Shown: positions 19,197 through 30,343 of the stretch, in pieces
Position numbering within the stretch: position 1 is the stretch's first letter
How the letters are laid out: the number at the start of each line of letters is the position of its first letter
DNA from: Longimicrobiales bacterium
GTDB taxonomy: Bacteria > Gemmatimonadota > Gemmatimonadetes > Longimicrobiales > Gaopeijiaceae
Reading direction: 5' to 3'
NCBI GenBank assembly: GCA_965238005.1
Contig: OZ250165.1
Span: 2,976,001-3,040,000, forward strand
DNA length: 64,000 nucleotides
The notes under the pieces: generated by a model
Database searches by the model: none
What the model was told of the DNA's origin: nothing
What the model saw: only the letters and a program-made list of their open reading frames with translations
Position numbers and translations under genes: made by a program

Positions 19197-20180
19197 TCAG
19201 CGCGATCTCGCGGAGGTGCAGTGATCAGCGCTGGAGACCACGGCGAGGGCGTTCCGCACGGCCCGCTCGCCATCCTCGTCCGAGGGATGGCTGAGTGCCC
19301 TGCCCCCGACGACCATGACCGACGATCCCCCCCCGTCCAGATTCAGGGCCTCGGTAGCGCCCACGGCCGCCAGGGCGTCCGTGAGCTCCACGAGCGTCAT
19401 ACCCGATGAATACGCGCCCTGCCGGCCGTCGATCACCATCAACCACAGCCTGTCTGTTCCTGGATCGTACCCGACGGCCGTGCGCGGATGACGGAACGAT
19501 GCGAAGCTCTGCGTGGGGTCGAGCGCGAGCTCCATCATCGCGCGGCCGCTATCCAGCAGCTCGGGAAAGCCACCCACCACCTGGGCCGACAAGTCCTCGT
19601 CACCGGAGATCCAGAAGCCGGCGCCCAGAGATCCCCCCTCCCCCACCTGGCTCGTTCCGATCCAGGGATCCTCGCCCGGCCGCCAGGAAAAGGCGGGCCG
19701 CGTACGGGACCGGAGGAGCCGGCCACCCGCCACCTCCGGGCCCACGGGCCGTCCCTCCGGTGTAAAGAAGTCGCCATTTACCGCCGCAAAAACCCCGTCC
19801 CCCGCGACCTCCACCAGGTGGGTGACGGTGGCGAGGCCGGCGATCGCCCCCTCGTCCTCACCGGCCGGGAGCACGGTCATGCCCAGCTCGCAGCGCTCCA
19901 GCTCGAGCCTCAGGATGTGGACGGCCCAAGGGCCCTTGGGCGACCAGGCGTAGTGATAGGAGACCCCGTTCTGCAGGAAGCGAGTCCGCACGGTGTCCGG
20001 TGTCAGGTAGGCCAGCAGGGCTTGCGGGAGCGGCTCCACCAACCGGACCGGTCGGTCGGGAGGGCCGCACGACAGCGCGCTGGTGACGAAAGCGAGGACC
20101 GCAGCGACCAACCTGGCATCCGGCTTCACGATGGGACTACAGACGTGTGCAACCGCCGGCTTCTCGCGTCGGGGCCACAT
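19197..20180 (-). CDS. Phosphodiester glycosidase (NAGPA) family protein
   Basis: AVNGDFF, RHPRTAVG, IDGRQ, ALNLDGGGSS, ERAVRNAL. Confidence 0.9.
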   Translation of the reverse strand: MWPRREKPAVAHVCSPIVKPDARLVAAVLAFVTSALSCGPPDRPVRLVEPLPQALLAYLTPDTVRTRFLQNGVSYHYAWSPKGPWAVHILRLELERCELGMTVLPAGEDEGAIAGLATVTHLVEVAGDGVFAAVNGDFFTPEGRPVGPEVAGGRLLRSRTRPAFSWRPGEDPWIGTSQVGEGGSLGAGFWISGDEDLSAQVVGGFPELLDSGRAMMELALDPTQSFASFRHPRTAVGYDPGTDRLWLMVIDGRQGAYSSGMTLVELTDALAAVGATEALNLDGGGSSVMVVGGRALSHPSDEDGERAVRNALAVVSSADHCTSARSR

Positions 20181-20384
20181 GGCCCGGAATCCCGCCGTGA
20201 CCGCTAGTGCACCCGCACTAATTGGGGAAAGCGGGGGGACACTCGCTTAAAGATACATTCTTCCGTTCGGCGAAAAAATGTTCGGCGAGAGCGAGCCTGC
20301 CGCAGCATGGGGAAGCCTACTCGATCGGTGGCAAAGCGGGTCACTACCAGGCGTCAGGCGATGTGCCGTCTTCCGGAAGAAATG

Positions 20385-20400
20385 CGGCACACGGGTTGCA
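20385..20400 (+). promoter_or_regulatory. Sigma-54-type promoter
   Basis: CGGCACACGGGTTGCA (GG-N10-GC), about 50 nt upstream of ATG 20450. Confidence 0.55.
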
Positions 20401-20449
20401 GTATGGGGCTGAGACAACCGCAGGACCTTGCCTCTCGAGGGAGCAGACC

Positions 20450-21052
20450 ATGAGCTCGTTCTTCGGCGCGTTGCGCCCCGCGATCATCGTCATCGTCGTT
20501 GGCACCACGGTCGCCTGCGGCGGTGATGACGCCACCAGCCCCGACCCTCCGGGACGTACGCAGGCCATCGTCCGGGACATGCCCGCCCCGTCAATCACTG
20601 CCGACGGGTTCGTGAGTGCCGACATCAACGTCCTCATATCGACCGACGGGCAGAGCTGGACCGCCCTCGGCTCGCCGAACGGGATTACCGTCGAGCTACA
20701 GAGCGAAACCGACAGCACGAACGTGCATGGGGAAGTCACTGCCCCCGCGGGAAGCTTCCGCTTCGTCCGTCTCGTGATGGCAAATGCTCGGGCCACGGTC
20801 AAATCGGGAAGCACGATCGGTAGCGCCACTCTAGGGGATGACGTGCTGCTCACCCTCGGCGGAGACGATGACGTGGTGGTGGTCGAGAAGAGCGTATCGT
20901 TCCAGGTCGTGGCCGGCACCCTGGCCAGCATCTCGTTCGAGCTGAACGCCGAGCAGTGGCTCACGGAGCTGAACCTGCAGGACGGGGTGGTGGACGATTC
21001 CGAGATCCAGGTGGCCGCGACGGTTCGGTCCCGGGCGGAGCCCAGCCCTTAA
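20450..21052 (+). CDS. Lipoprotein, DUF4382-like beta-sandwich
   Basis: Lipobox TVAC; PAGSFRFVRLV motif; GAGGGAG RBS. Confidence 0.65.
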   Translation: MSSFFGALRPAIIVIVVGTTVACGGDDATSPDPPGRTQAIVRDMPAPSITADGFVSADINVLISTDGQSWTALGSPNGITVELQSETDSTNVHGEVTAPAGSFRFVRLVMANARATVKSGSTIGSATLGDDVLLTLGGDDDVVVVEKSVSFQVVAGTLASISFELNAEQWLTELNLQDGVVDDSEIQVAATVRSRAEPSP

Positions 21053-21114
21053 GGACCAGATACCCGGGGAGATCGGTTGTCGAGGCGGCGCCGATTCCTC
21101 TATACTCCGGCGCC

Positions 21115-21702
21115 ATGAGCTTGCGCGTCACTCCCGACCTCGTCGATCACCTCCCCCGCCCCGGCCTTCCCCTCTGGAGGATCGGCCGGCTCCTTCTGTT
21201 CCCGGCTCTCAGCCTCTTGGCGTTCGGCGTCATTGCGTTCGCCCCTTCGCATGCCGACGCCCAGACCTCGTCCGGGAACGATGACATGGAGTTCCGCGTC
21301 GGCGTCACGGCTGGAGGCATCGGGCTCGTCGGTCTCACCTTCGAGTTCCGCTGGGGTGATCGAAGTATAGACGCGAACCTGGCCACGTTCGGCTTCACGG
21401 ATGTGAGCCTGGCCGTCACCGGCAAGCAGTACTTCGGCGGCGGGGACTTGCAGCCATTCCTGGGGATCGGACTATGGACCGTCACGGCGTTCCCCGACGA
21501 TCCAACGCAGAGGACAGGTAAGACGCTGCTCCTCAGAATCCCGTTGGGGGCCGACTGGAACCTGGTCGGAGACCACTCCTTGGGCGCGAGCCTCGCGCTC
21601 AACGAGGGCCTCTGGATCCAACGCGCCGACCCGTTGGACGACACGCCCATCGGCCATCGACCGATCCCTCTCCCGGGCTTCTACTACCGGGTGAAACCGT
21701 AG
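21115..21702 (+). CDS. Hypothetical exported protein, probable small outer-membrane beta-barrel
   Basis: Signal peptide ending ADA-Q; alternating amphipathic strands. Confidence 0.65.
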   Translation: MSLRVTPDLVDHLPRPGLPLWRIGRLLLFPALSLLAFGVIAFAPSHADAQTSSGNDDMEFRVGVTAGGIGLVGLTFEFRWGDRSIDANLATFGFTDVSLAVTGKQYFGGGDLQPFLGIGLWTVTAFPDDPTQRTGKTLLLRIPLGADWNLVGDHSLGASLALNEGLWIQRADPLDDTPIGHRPIPLPGFYYRVKP

Positions 21703-21758
21703 GCTGAAAGGTCCGACGGCCCCACGCGACTCCGCCGGGCTTCAGATCACGGCGCGAC

Positions 21759-22019
21759 CTAGAGCTCTTCCGCCTCGTCCCAGGTCTGCTCCCAGAACTC
21801 GTCTTCCTTCTTGCGGATCTGATCCAGATCGAGGGGTGGGGGGTCGTCAGTGACGAGGGTCCCAACGTCCTCGATCCGCCGGACGTCATCGTCGTCGATG
21901 TGGGGCGGTGGGATCTCCAAGGATTTCCTAATTCGAAGCCGCATGGAGATCCACGCATAGACGACGAGACCGCCGAGGAGAAACCAGAGTGCAGGCCAGA
22001 CGAAGCGCATGATGATCAC
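21759..22019 (-). CDS. Small single-TM hypothetical protein
   Basis: Hydrophobic N-terminus and acidic tail; GTGA overlap with the thrC stop. Confidence 0.7.
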   Translation of the reverse strand: MIIMRFVWPALWFLLGGLVVYAWISMRLRIRKSLEIPPPHIDDDDVRRIEDVGTLVTDDPPPLDLDQIRKKEDEFWEQTWDEAEEL

Positions 22020-23206
22020 TCGATGGGGGACATACCAACATACTTGAGTCCGCTGCCGGTGTTGAAGAGGACGACCTCAGCGTCGGGGTCCAGGGCCCCC
22101 ATCTCCAGGAGCCCCGGGACCGCGGCGGCCACCGCCCCGCCTTCGGGACAAGCGAACACACCCGTGTCCTTCCCGAGAAAACCCACCCAATCCGCCATGT
22201 CCCGATCCGCGATCGCCACGGCCGCGCCTCCGGACTCACGCACGGCCCGGAGAATCAGGAAGTCGCCGACCGCGCCGGGAACCCTCAGGCCAGCGGCGTA
22301 GGTCTCGGCGTCTTGCCACGGCTCCGCCTCCAGGGCCCCGCTCTCCCAGGCGCGCACCATGGGTGCACATCCGGCGGCCTGCACCGAGAACATCTTCGGA
22401 CGCTCCGAGCCGATCCAGCCGAGACGCTCCATCTCGTCGAAGGCCTTCCACATGCCGATGAGTCCCGTGCCCCCACCCGTGGGATAGACGATGCCGTCCG
22501 GCAAGCGCCCCCCGAGCTGTTCGAAGATCTCGTAACCCATGGTCTTCTTGCCCTCCACCCGGTACGGCTCTTTGAGGGTGGAGAGATCGAACCAGCCGTG
22601 CTCCTCCACACCCCTCCGCACGACCTGGCCACAGTCCGTGATGAGCCCGTCCAGGAGCTGGAGATCCGCGCCGAGCGCCCTCATCTCGGCGAGGATGGGC
22701 GCAGGAGTATCCGTTGGCACGACCACGTGGACCGGGAGGCCCGCCGCGGCCCCGTACGCCGACGCTGCCCCACCGGCGTTGCCGGCAGACGGAAGGGCGA
22801 GCTCGGTGGCTCCGAGCTCCTTGGCCCGGGATACGGCCAGGCACAGCCCGCGATCCTTGAAGCTGCCCGTGGGGTTCTGCCCCTCGTCCTTCACCCAGAC
22901 GCGGCCGACACCCATCCGGGCGGCGAGGCGAGGAGCGTCGAGAAGCGGGGTCCACCCCTCCCCCAGGGAGATCTGGAACGCCCGGTCCCGGACTGGGAGA
23001 ACCTCCTCGTAGCGCCAGAGGTCCGCCCGGCGCCCTACCAGGTCCGACGGCTGGAAAGAGGAGCGCTGAGCATCCAGGTCGTAGCGGGCGAAGTAGGGTT
23101 TTCCAGCCGCGGAAAGGCCGTGGAGCGCCTCGCTCTCGACCGTCTCTCCGGTAGACGTGCATTCCAGGTGCGTGGCTCCGGCGAGGGGCCGCGATTCGTC
23201 GCTCAT
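22016..23206 (-). CDS. thrC: Threonine synthase (PLP-dependent)
   Basis: SLGEGWTPL, NPTGSFKDRG (PLP Lys), SAGNAG, EGKKTMGYE, FNTGSGLKY. Confidence 0.88.
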   Translation of the reverse strand: MSDESRPLAGATHLECTSTGETVESEALHGLSAAGKPYFARYDLDAQRSSFQPSDLVGRRADLWRYEEVLPVRDRAFQISLGEGWTPLLDAPRLAARMGVGRVWVKDEGQNPTGSFKDRGLCLAVSRAKELGATELALPSAGNAGGAASAYGAAAGLPVHVVVPTDTPAPILAEMRALGADLQLLDGLITDCGQVVRRGVEEHGWFDLSTLKEPYRVEGKKTMGYEIFEQLGGRLPDGIVYPTGGGTGLIGMWKAFDEMERLGWIGSERPKMFSVQAAGCAPMVRAWESGALEAEPWQDAETYAAGLRVPGAVGDFLILRAVRESGGAAVAIADRDMADWVGFLGKDTGVFACPEGGAVAAAVPGLLEMGALDPDAEVVLFNTGSGLKYVGMSPIE

Positions 23207-23909
23207 GGCGTCTCGGTGTAGGGCTTGGCTCAAGCGAGGAAGATAGGAAGCTGGAGGCGCCCGCCAACCCCTAAGCCGGGCCGGATTGCTCGTGTCGCGC
23301 GGGATCCGAGCCCGTGTGCCCGCCGGTGAGGAGCCTCACACCCTTCTACTTCCATCATGATGCGAACCCCAACGCCAGAGTTGCTGGGTCTCGGCCCGCT
23401 CACGAGCCGCTCGGGTAGCGAAGGCCCGAGGAAGCGGAGACAAGGTTTGTGTGACAAGGTTTGCAGCCCGGCGCCGGCCAAGCATAAGAGGCCTTTCCAA
23501 ATTGGGATTCGTACCTCCGTTGATTCGAGCCTGGCCCTAGGACAGGCCCAAGGGCCCCTCTTGCTCTGAGCTTGGTCGGCTTCTGCCTGTCTATCCTTAA
23601 TCCTTTACTCGGGGAGCGACCTCCATGAGTATTGGAATGGCGGTCCGCCAGCCCTAGATGCGGGCCGTCGGGCAACCGCACACGACGACGCATTTTGAAT
23701 CTGAGGCAATCATGTGACGCGCAATCAGTCACTCGGAGGGCAGACCCTCACCGGTGGCTCCGTGGTCCAGTACTCCAGCTGCGCCGTCACGCGCGCGATC
23801 CTCAGCTCGGACTCACCCGGGCACGTCGTTTGCCGAACCGTAGCTGGGTCGACGTCTCGTTCTTGACCTACTGAGTGCGACCTCGATTCGCCGAGGCGCT
23901 ACCGCTGAG

Positions 23910-23936
23910 GCAACCCTGAAGCGCCCCCTCGGCGTC
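23910..23936 (+). promoter_or_regulatory. Putative ECF-type autoregulatory promoter
   Basis: GCAACC-N17-CGTC, about 30 nt before the ECF sigma ATG. Confidence 0.45.
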
Positions 23937-23965
23937 AAAGGAACGGACAACCGAGCCCTCGAGGC

Positions 23966-24526
23966 ATGAACGAAGCTCAGCTGATACGAAAAGCCGTCCA
24001 GGGGGATGGTGCAGCCGTCCGCTCACTGTATGAGCGGTACTCCCCCCGGGTGTACGCAGTCGTCCGCCGGATCGCGGCGGATGACGATTTGGCACATGAC
24101 TACGCCCAGGAGGCGTGGATCAGGGCGATCCGTGCTCTCCCCACGTTCCGCGGGGAATCACGTTTTTCCACGTGGCTCCACCGGATCGCCGTGAACTCGG
24201 CACTTCAGGGCGTGAGGCTGACCGAGACTCGCCAGAAGCGCGAGGCTCCCATGCCGGAGACGATCGCGGTGCCCCCGCCCCGAGGCGACGCGCTCCTAGG
24301 GCAGAAGCTGGAGTGGGCCTTGGACCACCTGCCGGAGCGCATGCGCAAGGTCCTGATCCTCCACGACGTGGAGGGCTATACGCACGATGAGATCGGTGAG
24401 CTGTTGGGGACGGCGGCTGGGACATCCAAGTCCCAGCTGTTCAAGGCGCGAGGGAAGATGAGAGAGTTGCTGAAGGCGCTGAATACGCCGGATGATCGAG
24501 AGGAATTGGAAGCATGGAGCATCTGA
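23966..24526 (+). CDS. ECF RNA polymerase sigma factor
   Basis: D..QEAWIRA, FSTWLHRIAVN, region 4 GYTHDEIG...SKSQLFKAR. Confidence 0.93.
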   Translation: MNEAQLIRKAVQGDGAAVRSLYERYSPRVYAVVRRIAADDDLAHDYAQEAWIRAIRALPTFRGESRFSTWLHRIAVNSALQGVRLTETRQKREAPMPETIAVPPPRGDALLGQKLEWALDHLPERMRKVLILHDVEGYTHDEIGELLGTAAGTSKSQLFKARGKMRELLKALNTPDDREELEAWSI

Positions 24527-25182
24527 CCAACGAAACCCTGGCCCGTCTCGTCGACGAGCGTCCCAACCCGAGCGAGCGAGAGCACCTGCATTCATGCACG
24601 CGGTGCGCAGAGGAGCTCCGGGCGTTCAGGCTCCAATCGGAGAGCCTGGGAGAGCTGACCGCCCTCAGGCCGCCCTCGGGGAATTGGGAGTCGCTGGAGG
24701 CACGTCTGGTGAGCGAAGGGCTGATCCGGACGCAAGAGAGCTTCCGCCGCTTCGGCTTCGCCGCGGCGCCGGCCTGGATGCAGGCTGCCGCCGCCATGGT
24801 TCTTTTCCTGGGCGGAACCGGCTTCGGCCTCTCACTCACCAAGGGCGGAGCCCCCGATCCGCTCTCTCTCGAGAACATGATGGTCCCCGTGTCGCGGATC
24901 TCCACGGCCGACGAGGCGGCCCGGGCCGTCGAGTTCGCCGAGCAGACTTATATGCAGGCCCTGGTGCGCTTCCGTCAGCTGGCGGGCGGGGAAGACGAGC
25001 CGCGCTTCGAGGATCCGTTGAGCCGCGTGGCGGCGCTGGAGGGGCTCCTCGCCGCGAGTCAGGAGGCACTGCGCCTCGCTCCCGCCGATCCGGTATTCAA
25101 CGGGTTCCTCGTCAACGTCCTCGCTGAGCGTCAGGAGACGCTCCGGCTGATCTCCGCCAGCGGGGAAGACAACTGGTTCTGA
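24514..25182 (+). CDS. Zinc-binding membrane anti-sigma factor
   Basis: HLHSCTRC (HxxxCxxC) plus one TM helix; overlaps the sigma gene. Confidence 0.82.
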   Translation: MEHLTNETLARLVDERPNPSEREHLHSCTRCAEELRAFRLQSESLGELTALRPPSGNWESLEARLVSEGLIRTQESFRRFGFAAAPAWMQAAAAMVLFLGGTGFGLSLTKGGAPDPLSLENMMVPVSRISTADEAARAVEFAEQTYMQALVRFRQLAGGEDEPRFEDPLSRVAALEGLLAASQEALRLAPADPVFNGFLVNVLAERQETLRLISASGEDNWF

Positions 25183-26693
25183 TGAAGCACCTGCGATCCC
25201 TCGTGACGCTACCACGCCACCCGCGGTGGCTCCGGGCCCAGAGCCCGGTGGTGGGGCTCGTCGTGTCCGCGGGGCTCGTCTTGCTCGCTGCCCCTGCGGC
25301 TCGTGCCCAGGTCACCACGCCACGGGTGGTCAGCACCCAGGCCCAACCGACCTTCGTGGTGGAGCGCTCCGATCGGGGCTGGATGGGAATCAGCATCAAC
25401 ATCCGTGTGACGAGTGACGGCACCCGCCCCGGCGAGACCGTGATCCAGGTCGTGCGCACCGTGGACGGAAGTGCCGCCTCGAGGGCCGGTATCGTTCCGG
25501 GTGACGTCATCCAGCGCATCAACCGGGAACCCCTCACCCTTCCGGGATGGGAGAGGCTCGTCGGGAACCTGGCGGTCGGCGACGAAGTTCACCTCGGCGT
25601 TCGGGGAGACGACGACCACGTCCGCGACGTGATGCTCACCGCCGGCACCAGGCCTGACTTCACACCGGTTCCGTCGGAGTTGTCGGATCGTCTGGAGGCC
25701 GTGCGAGAGTCCTTCGAGGCGCGACTCCAATCGGCGCGGGGAGTGTGGGCGAGCCGCGATCATGTCAGGCTCCTCATCTCGGGGGACTCCATCGAGGCAA
25801 CGTCGAACAGGATCCTCGACCAGGCGCGGAGGAACGCGGTCGCGTTCGGCTTCAGTGCGAGATCGGGCGAGACGCCCTCCGATGTGACCTTTCGGAGGCT
25901 GCCCGAGCCACCCGTGGAGGGCGGGATCTCGTTCTCCCAGGGACCGGGCGGGTTCGTGTGGAGCTTCGGTGGTGACTCTGTACGGGGCTGGTCGAGCTCC
26001 GGGCCGGTGCTGGTGGCCCCCAACGTAGAGGCGCGCGGTCAATACTCGGTGGTCTTGAGCGCGCAGTCGGCGCTCCCGTTCGAATACCTGCTGCTCACCT
26101 CTCCCGAAGCCGATTCATTGAAGACGGTCGTCATCCGACTTCGTACGGAGCTGCACTCGCTGAACGAAGCGACTCGCACGCGTGAGCTGGAGATCGTCGA
26201 GATCGTACGGCGGCAGGCCCGGGAGCTCGGTGAGACCGATTTTCGGCTCAACCGGCTGAGGTCCGACAACGACCGGGTTTCCGAGGAGCTCTCACAGGTC
26301 GCAGCGCGGCTCGCCGAAGTCGGCTCTTTGGAAAGACGGGAACGGGCGGCCGGCATTGCCTCGTCAGCTCCGGTCGTTCGGAGCCGCCACGTAACGGCGC
26401 GTCTGGTGGGTCGGAACTTCGTGGGCGGCGCCCAGTTGAGCGATCTGAATCCGCGTCTGTCCGCATACTTCGGCGCCGAGCGCGGCGTGCTCGTCATCGA
26501 CGTGTTGAGAGGCACCCCCGCGTTCAACGCGGGCCTGGTCCCCGGCGACGTCGTCGTCCGAGTCGGCAGCACCGAGATCGATGGCCTGACGGCCTTCCGA
26601 AGGGTGCTGAACGCGGTCTACGGCCGGGAGCGGAACGCCGTCCTCTCGTTGATCCGCAAAGGCGAACCGGTCCTAGCTACGCTATCGCGGTAG
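25182..26693 (+). CDS. Exported double-PDZ-domain protein without a protease domain
   Basis: Signal peptide; GWMGI...SAASRAGIVPGDVI and GVLVIDV..GTPAFNAGLVPGDVV; coiled coil between. Confidence 0.85.
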   Translation: MKHLRSLVTLPRHPRWLRAQSPVVGLVVSAGLVLLAAPAARAQVTTPRVVSTQAQPTFVVERSDRGWMGISINIRVTSDGTRPGETVIQVVRTVDGSAASRAGIVPGDVIQRINREPLTLPGWERLVGNLAVGDEVHLGVRGDDDHVRDVMLTAGTRPDFTPVPSELSDRLEAVRESFEARLQSARGVWASRDHVRLLISGDSIEATSNRILDQARRNAVAFGFSARSGETPSDVTFRRLPEPPVEGGISFSQGPGGFVWSFGGDSVRGWSSSGPVLVAPNVEARGQYSVVLSAQSALPFEYLLLTSPEADSLKTVVIRLRTELHSLNEATRTRELEIVEIVRRQARELGETDFRLNRLRSDNDRVSEELSQVAARLAEVGSLERRERAAGIASSAPVVRSRHVTARLVGRNFVGGAQLSDLNPRLSAYFGAERGVLVIDVLRGTPAFNAGLVPGDVVVRVGSTEIDGLTAFRRVLNAVYGRERNAVLSLIRKGEPVLATLSR

Positions 26694-26834
26694 GCGCTGG
26701 GGGTTGTGGTGCCCCCTGGAGCCGACGCTTCGCTCCACGGCTTCGCCGCGGATCGTCTCCCGCGAGCGGTATGCCGCCCCACCCACCCGCCAACGCCCCG
26801 CGATAAGGCGCAGGGGAGTCGCCGCCCCACGCGT

Positions 26835-28049
26835 TTATTCGTGGCGCAACGCGTCGATGGGATCGAGCTTGGCCGCCCGCTGGGCCGGCCAAATCCCGAA
26901 GAACAGCCCGATCCCGGCGGAGAACGCCAGGGCGATGACCACCGACTCGAGCGCCACCGCCGTCTCCCAGTTGGCCATCCGTGTCAGGGCCTCCGCCCCA
27001 CCCACGCCCACCAGGACGCCCAGAACGCCCCCCATGACACACAGTACGAGGGCCTCGATGAGGAACTGGAAGAGAATGGCCTTCTTGGTGGCCCCCAGAG
27101 CTTTCCGCACCCCGATCTCGCGCGTCCGCTCGGTCACGCTCACCAGCATGATGTTCATGATGCCGATGCCGCCCACCATCAGGCTGATGGCCGCGATGCC
27201 CGCCAGGAGCATGGTGAAGGTCTGGGTGGTCTCGTTGAAGGTGGCCACGAGGTCGCTCGAGTTCCTGATGCTGAAGTCGGTGTTCTCACCCGGCCGCACT
27301 TTGTGCTCGCGTCGCAAGATCCGGTCGATCTCGGCGAAAGCCCGGTCCATAGCGTCCGTCGACGGGACCTGGGCATAGATAGACGAGAGCCTCCGGCGCC
27401 CGCCAAACACCCTGAATTGGGCCGTCGAGGTCGGGATGAAGACCTCCTCGTCGGGCCGGAAGAAGCCGGCGTCCCCCTTCTCCTCTATGACACCCACCAC
27501 CTCGAAGGGCTGCCCGCGAATCTGGATTCTCTTGCCCACGAGAACCGGCGCCGGCGTCCCCAACGCCTCTGGGACGGCGTAGCCCAGAATGGCCACACGG
27601 CGCCGACCCTGGACTTGTCCCTGATCGAAGATCGCGCCGTGCTCGACATGGAGGTTGTACATGTCGAAGTACTCGGGCCAGACACCGCGGACCTGATTGT
27701 TCGAGTTCCAGCGAAGGTAGGTGAGCTGTACACGCGAGCTCACCACCGGAGAAATGCTCAGCAGCCCTCCGCTCTGGTCTCGCAGAGCCTCGGCGTCCTC
27801 CACCGTGAGGTCTTCGGTGTCACCCGTGGATACGCCTCCCCAGAACCGCTGGCCCGCCCTGATCGTGAGCACGTTGGTGCCCATCCGCGATATCTGGTCC
27901 TCCACACGGCGCTGGGCTCCCTCTCCCAGCGCCACCATGGCGATCACGGCAGAGACGCCGATAATGATCCCGAGGGTCGTGAGGAAGGAACGGAGCATGT
28001 TCGCGCGGATCGCCCCCAGCGCTACCCAGAGAATCTCCCGGATCAGCAT
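26835..28049 (-). CDS. MacB/FtsX-type ABC permease
   Basis: LTTLGIIIGV, GGIGIMNIMLVSVTERTREIG, PAQRAAKLDPIDALRHE. Confidence 0.95.
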   Translation of the reverse strand: MLIREILWVALGAIRANMLRSFLTTLGIIIGVSAVIAMVALGEGAQRRVEDQISRMGTNVLTIRAGQRFWGGVSTGDTEDLTVEDAEALRDQSGGLLSISPVVSSRVQLTYLRWNSNNQVRGVWPEYFDMYNLHVEHGAIFDQGQVQGRRRVAILGYAVPEALGTPAPVLVGKRIQIRGQPFEVVGVIEEKGDAGFFRPDEEVFIPTSTAQFRVFGGRRRLSSIYAQVPSTDAMDRAFAEIDRILRREHKVRPGENTDFSIRNSSDLVATFNETTQTFTMLLAGIAAISLMVGGIGIMNIMLVSVTERTREIGVRKALGATKKAILFQFLIEALVLCVMGGVLGVLVGVGGAEALTRMANWETAVALESVVIALAFSAGIGLFFGIWPAQRAAKLDPIDALRHE

Positions 28050-28052
28050 GGA

Positions 28053-29639
28053 CTACCGCCTCCCGCCACCAAAGGGAGAGGTTCGGGAGCGGATACGCTC
28101 GAGGAGCTCGTCCTGCGTCGCCCGGAGCTGGGCGGCTCCGATGAGGACCACATGCTCACCCTCCTCGACGCCACTCACCACCTGGGTGTAATCCCAGTCG
28201 TTCAGACCGATCATCACGGCGCGCGGCTCGATCGTCCCGTCCTCCCCGACCACGAACAACACCGCACGCCGCGACTCCTGTGCCGATCCAGACCCAGCCT
28301 GGCCCTGCCCACCGGGTGGCCGTCCGGCAAATGGACCTTGACCGGCTCCACCACCGGACCCACTCTGGCCTGAAGCCGCTCGCCGCTGCTGGAAGATCGC
28401 GCGGGCCGAGTCCTGGGAGATTTCGCCTCGGGCCACGCGGGCGCGGAGCGAATCGAAGCTCGCCTGGCCTCCCTCCGGCCTGGCCTGGCCTGCTCCCGGC
28501 CTCCCTTGCCCGCCGCCCGAAGCGGCTCGATCGCCGCCGCGAGATCCGGCGCCCGGTCGCCCGCCTCTCTGTCCGGCGCCCTCCCCACCGGCACCTGGCC
28601 CTCCAGCCCGCTGCCTATCGGAACCGGAGCCACCACCCCGGCCGCCGCCCATACCGGGGAACATGCTGCGCATGTCGACGGCGTCCTCTGGGAGCCCGAG
28701 GACCATGGCTGCTGCCACCGCGTCCTGCGGAGTCACCACGGCGGCGTTGGGGATCAGCAGCACCGCGGGAGCCTCGGCGATCTCCACTGCGACCTCGGCG
28801 TTCATTCCGGGCCTGAGGAGGTTGGAGCTGTTGTCGAGTCGCACGATGACGGGGAACATGGTCACGTTCTGTTGGACCACGGCCTGAGGTTCGATCTTCT
28901 CCACCTCGCCGATGAAGGAAAGATCCGGGTACGCCTCGACCTGGACCGAGGCCCGCATTCCATCACGGATCTGACCCATGTCGGTCTCGTCCACGAGCGT
29001 GCGGACCTGCATCTGTTCCAGATTCGCCATGATCATGAGGACCGTGCCACCCGACACGTTCTGGGAAGCGGACTGAATGACCTGACCCTCCTCGACGCTC
29101 TTCGTCAGGATGGTCCCGGCCATGGGCGCACGTATGGTCACGTCCCCCATACGAAGCTGAGCGAGCTCGTAGTTCGTCTCCGCCTTCACCAGTGTGGCTT
29201 GGGAGTTGGCGTACTCCAGGTTCTTGCTCTCGTGCTCCTGCGCCGAGATCACGGCGGAGGCCAAGAGCTCCTCGGAGCGCCTGAGCTGGGCCTCGCTGAT
29301 GTCGAGCCTTGCTTGCGCCACCTCCAGGTCGGCCTCGGCCTGGTCAAAGGCGTTTCGAACGTCCCGTGGATCGATCTGGGCAAGGAGCGCCCCGGGCTCG
29401 ACCCGATCACCGATGTCGACGTAGAGGCGCAAGATCTCGCCGGAAGCCTTGGACTTCACCTCCACCTGGCGGACGGGCTCAACGTTACCCGTCGCCTCGG
29501 CTGTGATCATCAGGTCCCCCTGCTCGACGAGCGCGGTCTGGACCGTCGGGGCCTCGTCGGCCTCGCTGGTCCCGCAGGCGACGGCCAGGGGCAGGAAAAG
29601 AGCCCCTGCCCAGGATCTGATCATGCGGTTCGACGTCAT
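28053..29639 (-). CDS. MacA-like periplasmic adaptor with Gly/Arg-rich insert
   Basis: [27 protein letters not shown]; lipobox AVAC. Confidence 0.92.
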   Translation of the reverse strand: MTSNRMIRSWAGALFLPLAVACGTSEADEAPTVQTALVEQGDLMITAEATGNVEPVRQVEVKSKASGEILRLYVDIGDRVEPGALLAQIDPRDVRNAFDQAEADLEVAQARLDISEAQLRRSEELLASAVISAQEHESKNLEYANSQATLVKAETNYELAQLRMGDVTIRAPMAGTILTKSVEEGQVIQSASQNVSGGTVLMIMANLEQMQVRTLVDETDMGQIRDGMRASVQVEAYPDLSFIGEVEKIEPQAVVQQNVTMFPVIVRLDNSSNLLRPGMNAEVAVEIAEAPAVLLIPNAAVVTPQDAVAAAMVLGLPEDAVDMRSMFPGMGGGRGGGSGSDRQRAGGPGAGGEGAGQRGGRPGAGSRGGDRAASGGGQGRPGAGQARPEGGQASFDSLRARVARGEISQDSARAIFQQRRAASGQSGSGGGAGQGPFAGRPPGGQGQAGSGSAQESRRAVLFVVGEDGTIEPRAVMIGLNDWDYTQVVSGVEEGEHVVLIGAAQLRATQDELLERIRSRTSPFGGGRR

Positions 29640-30343
29640 ACGTGTATCCCTGTTTGCTCGTGCACGAAATCCTTGGCGATCACGCCGTCGTGAAGGTGGA
29701 CCTGCCGCTTGGAGTACTCCGCGATGTCGTGCTCGTGAGTGACAACGACGATGGTCTGCCCCTGCCGGTTCAGCTCGACCAACACGGCCATGATCTCCTG
29801 GCTTGTCACCGAGTCGAGGTTGCCGGTCGGCTCGTCCGCCAGGAGCAGCGCCGGGTCGTTCACCAGAGCCCTCGCCACGGCCACCCTTTGCCTTTGCCCG
29901 CCCGAGAGCTCCGGCGGACGGTGATCCATTCGATCTGCCAGCCCCACCAGCTCCAGCTTCCCCTCGGCCCGTCGTTTCCGCTCCTTCGCGCCGACGCCGG
30001 CATAGATGAGGGGGAGCTCTACGTTGTGCAGTGCCGTAGCCCTTGGCAGGAGGTTGAAGGTCTGGAAGACGAAGCCGATCTCCCGGTTGCGAATACGGGC
30101 GAGCTCGTCGTCGGAGAGGTCGCTGACTTGAACGCCGTTCAGCCAGTACTGGCCTTCGGTGGGCGTGTCCAAGCAGCCGATGAGGTTCATGAACGTCGAC
30201 TTCCCGCTCCCCGACGGACCCATGATGGCCACGAACTCACCCGGCTGGATCTCCAGATCCACTGCCCTCAGAGCTCGGACGGTTTCGCCGCCCAGGACGT
30301 AGTCCTTCCCGAGTCCCTTGGTCTGGATGATCAGTTGGCTCAC
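29636..30343 (-). CDS. ABC ATP-binding protein (MacB/LolD type)
   Basis: [28 protein letters not shown]. Confidence 0.96.
   Translation of the reverse strand: MSQLIIQTKGLGKDYVLGGETVRALRAVDLEIQPGEFVAIMGPSGSGKSTFMNLIGCLDTPTEGQYWLNGVQVSDLSDDELARIRNREIGFVFQTFNLLPRATALHNVELPLIYAGVGAKERKRRAEGKLELVGLADRMDHRPPELSGGQRQRVAVARALVNDPALLLADEPTGNLDSVTSQEIMAVLVELNRQGQTIVVVTHEHDIAEYSKRQVHLHDGVIAKDFVHEQTGIHV

Noticed and set aside
23233..23500. Riboswitch or leader upstream of thrC
   Set aside because: Only a weak CCCAGCAAC resemblance to SAM-I; the other conserved elements are missing.
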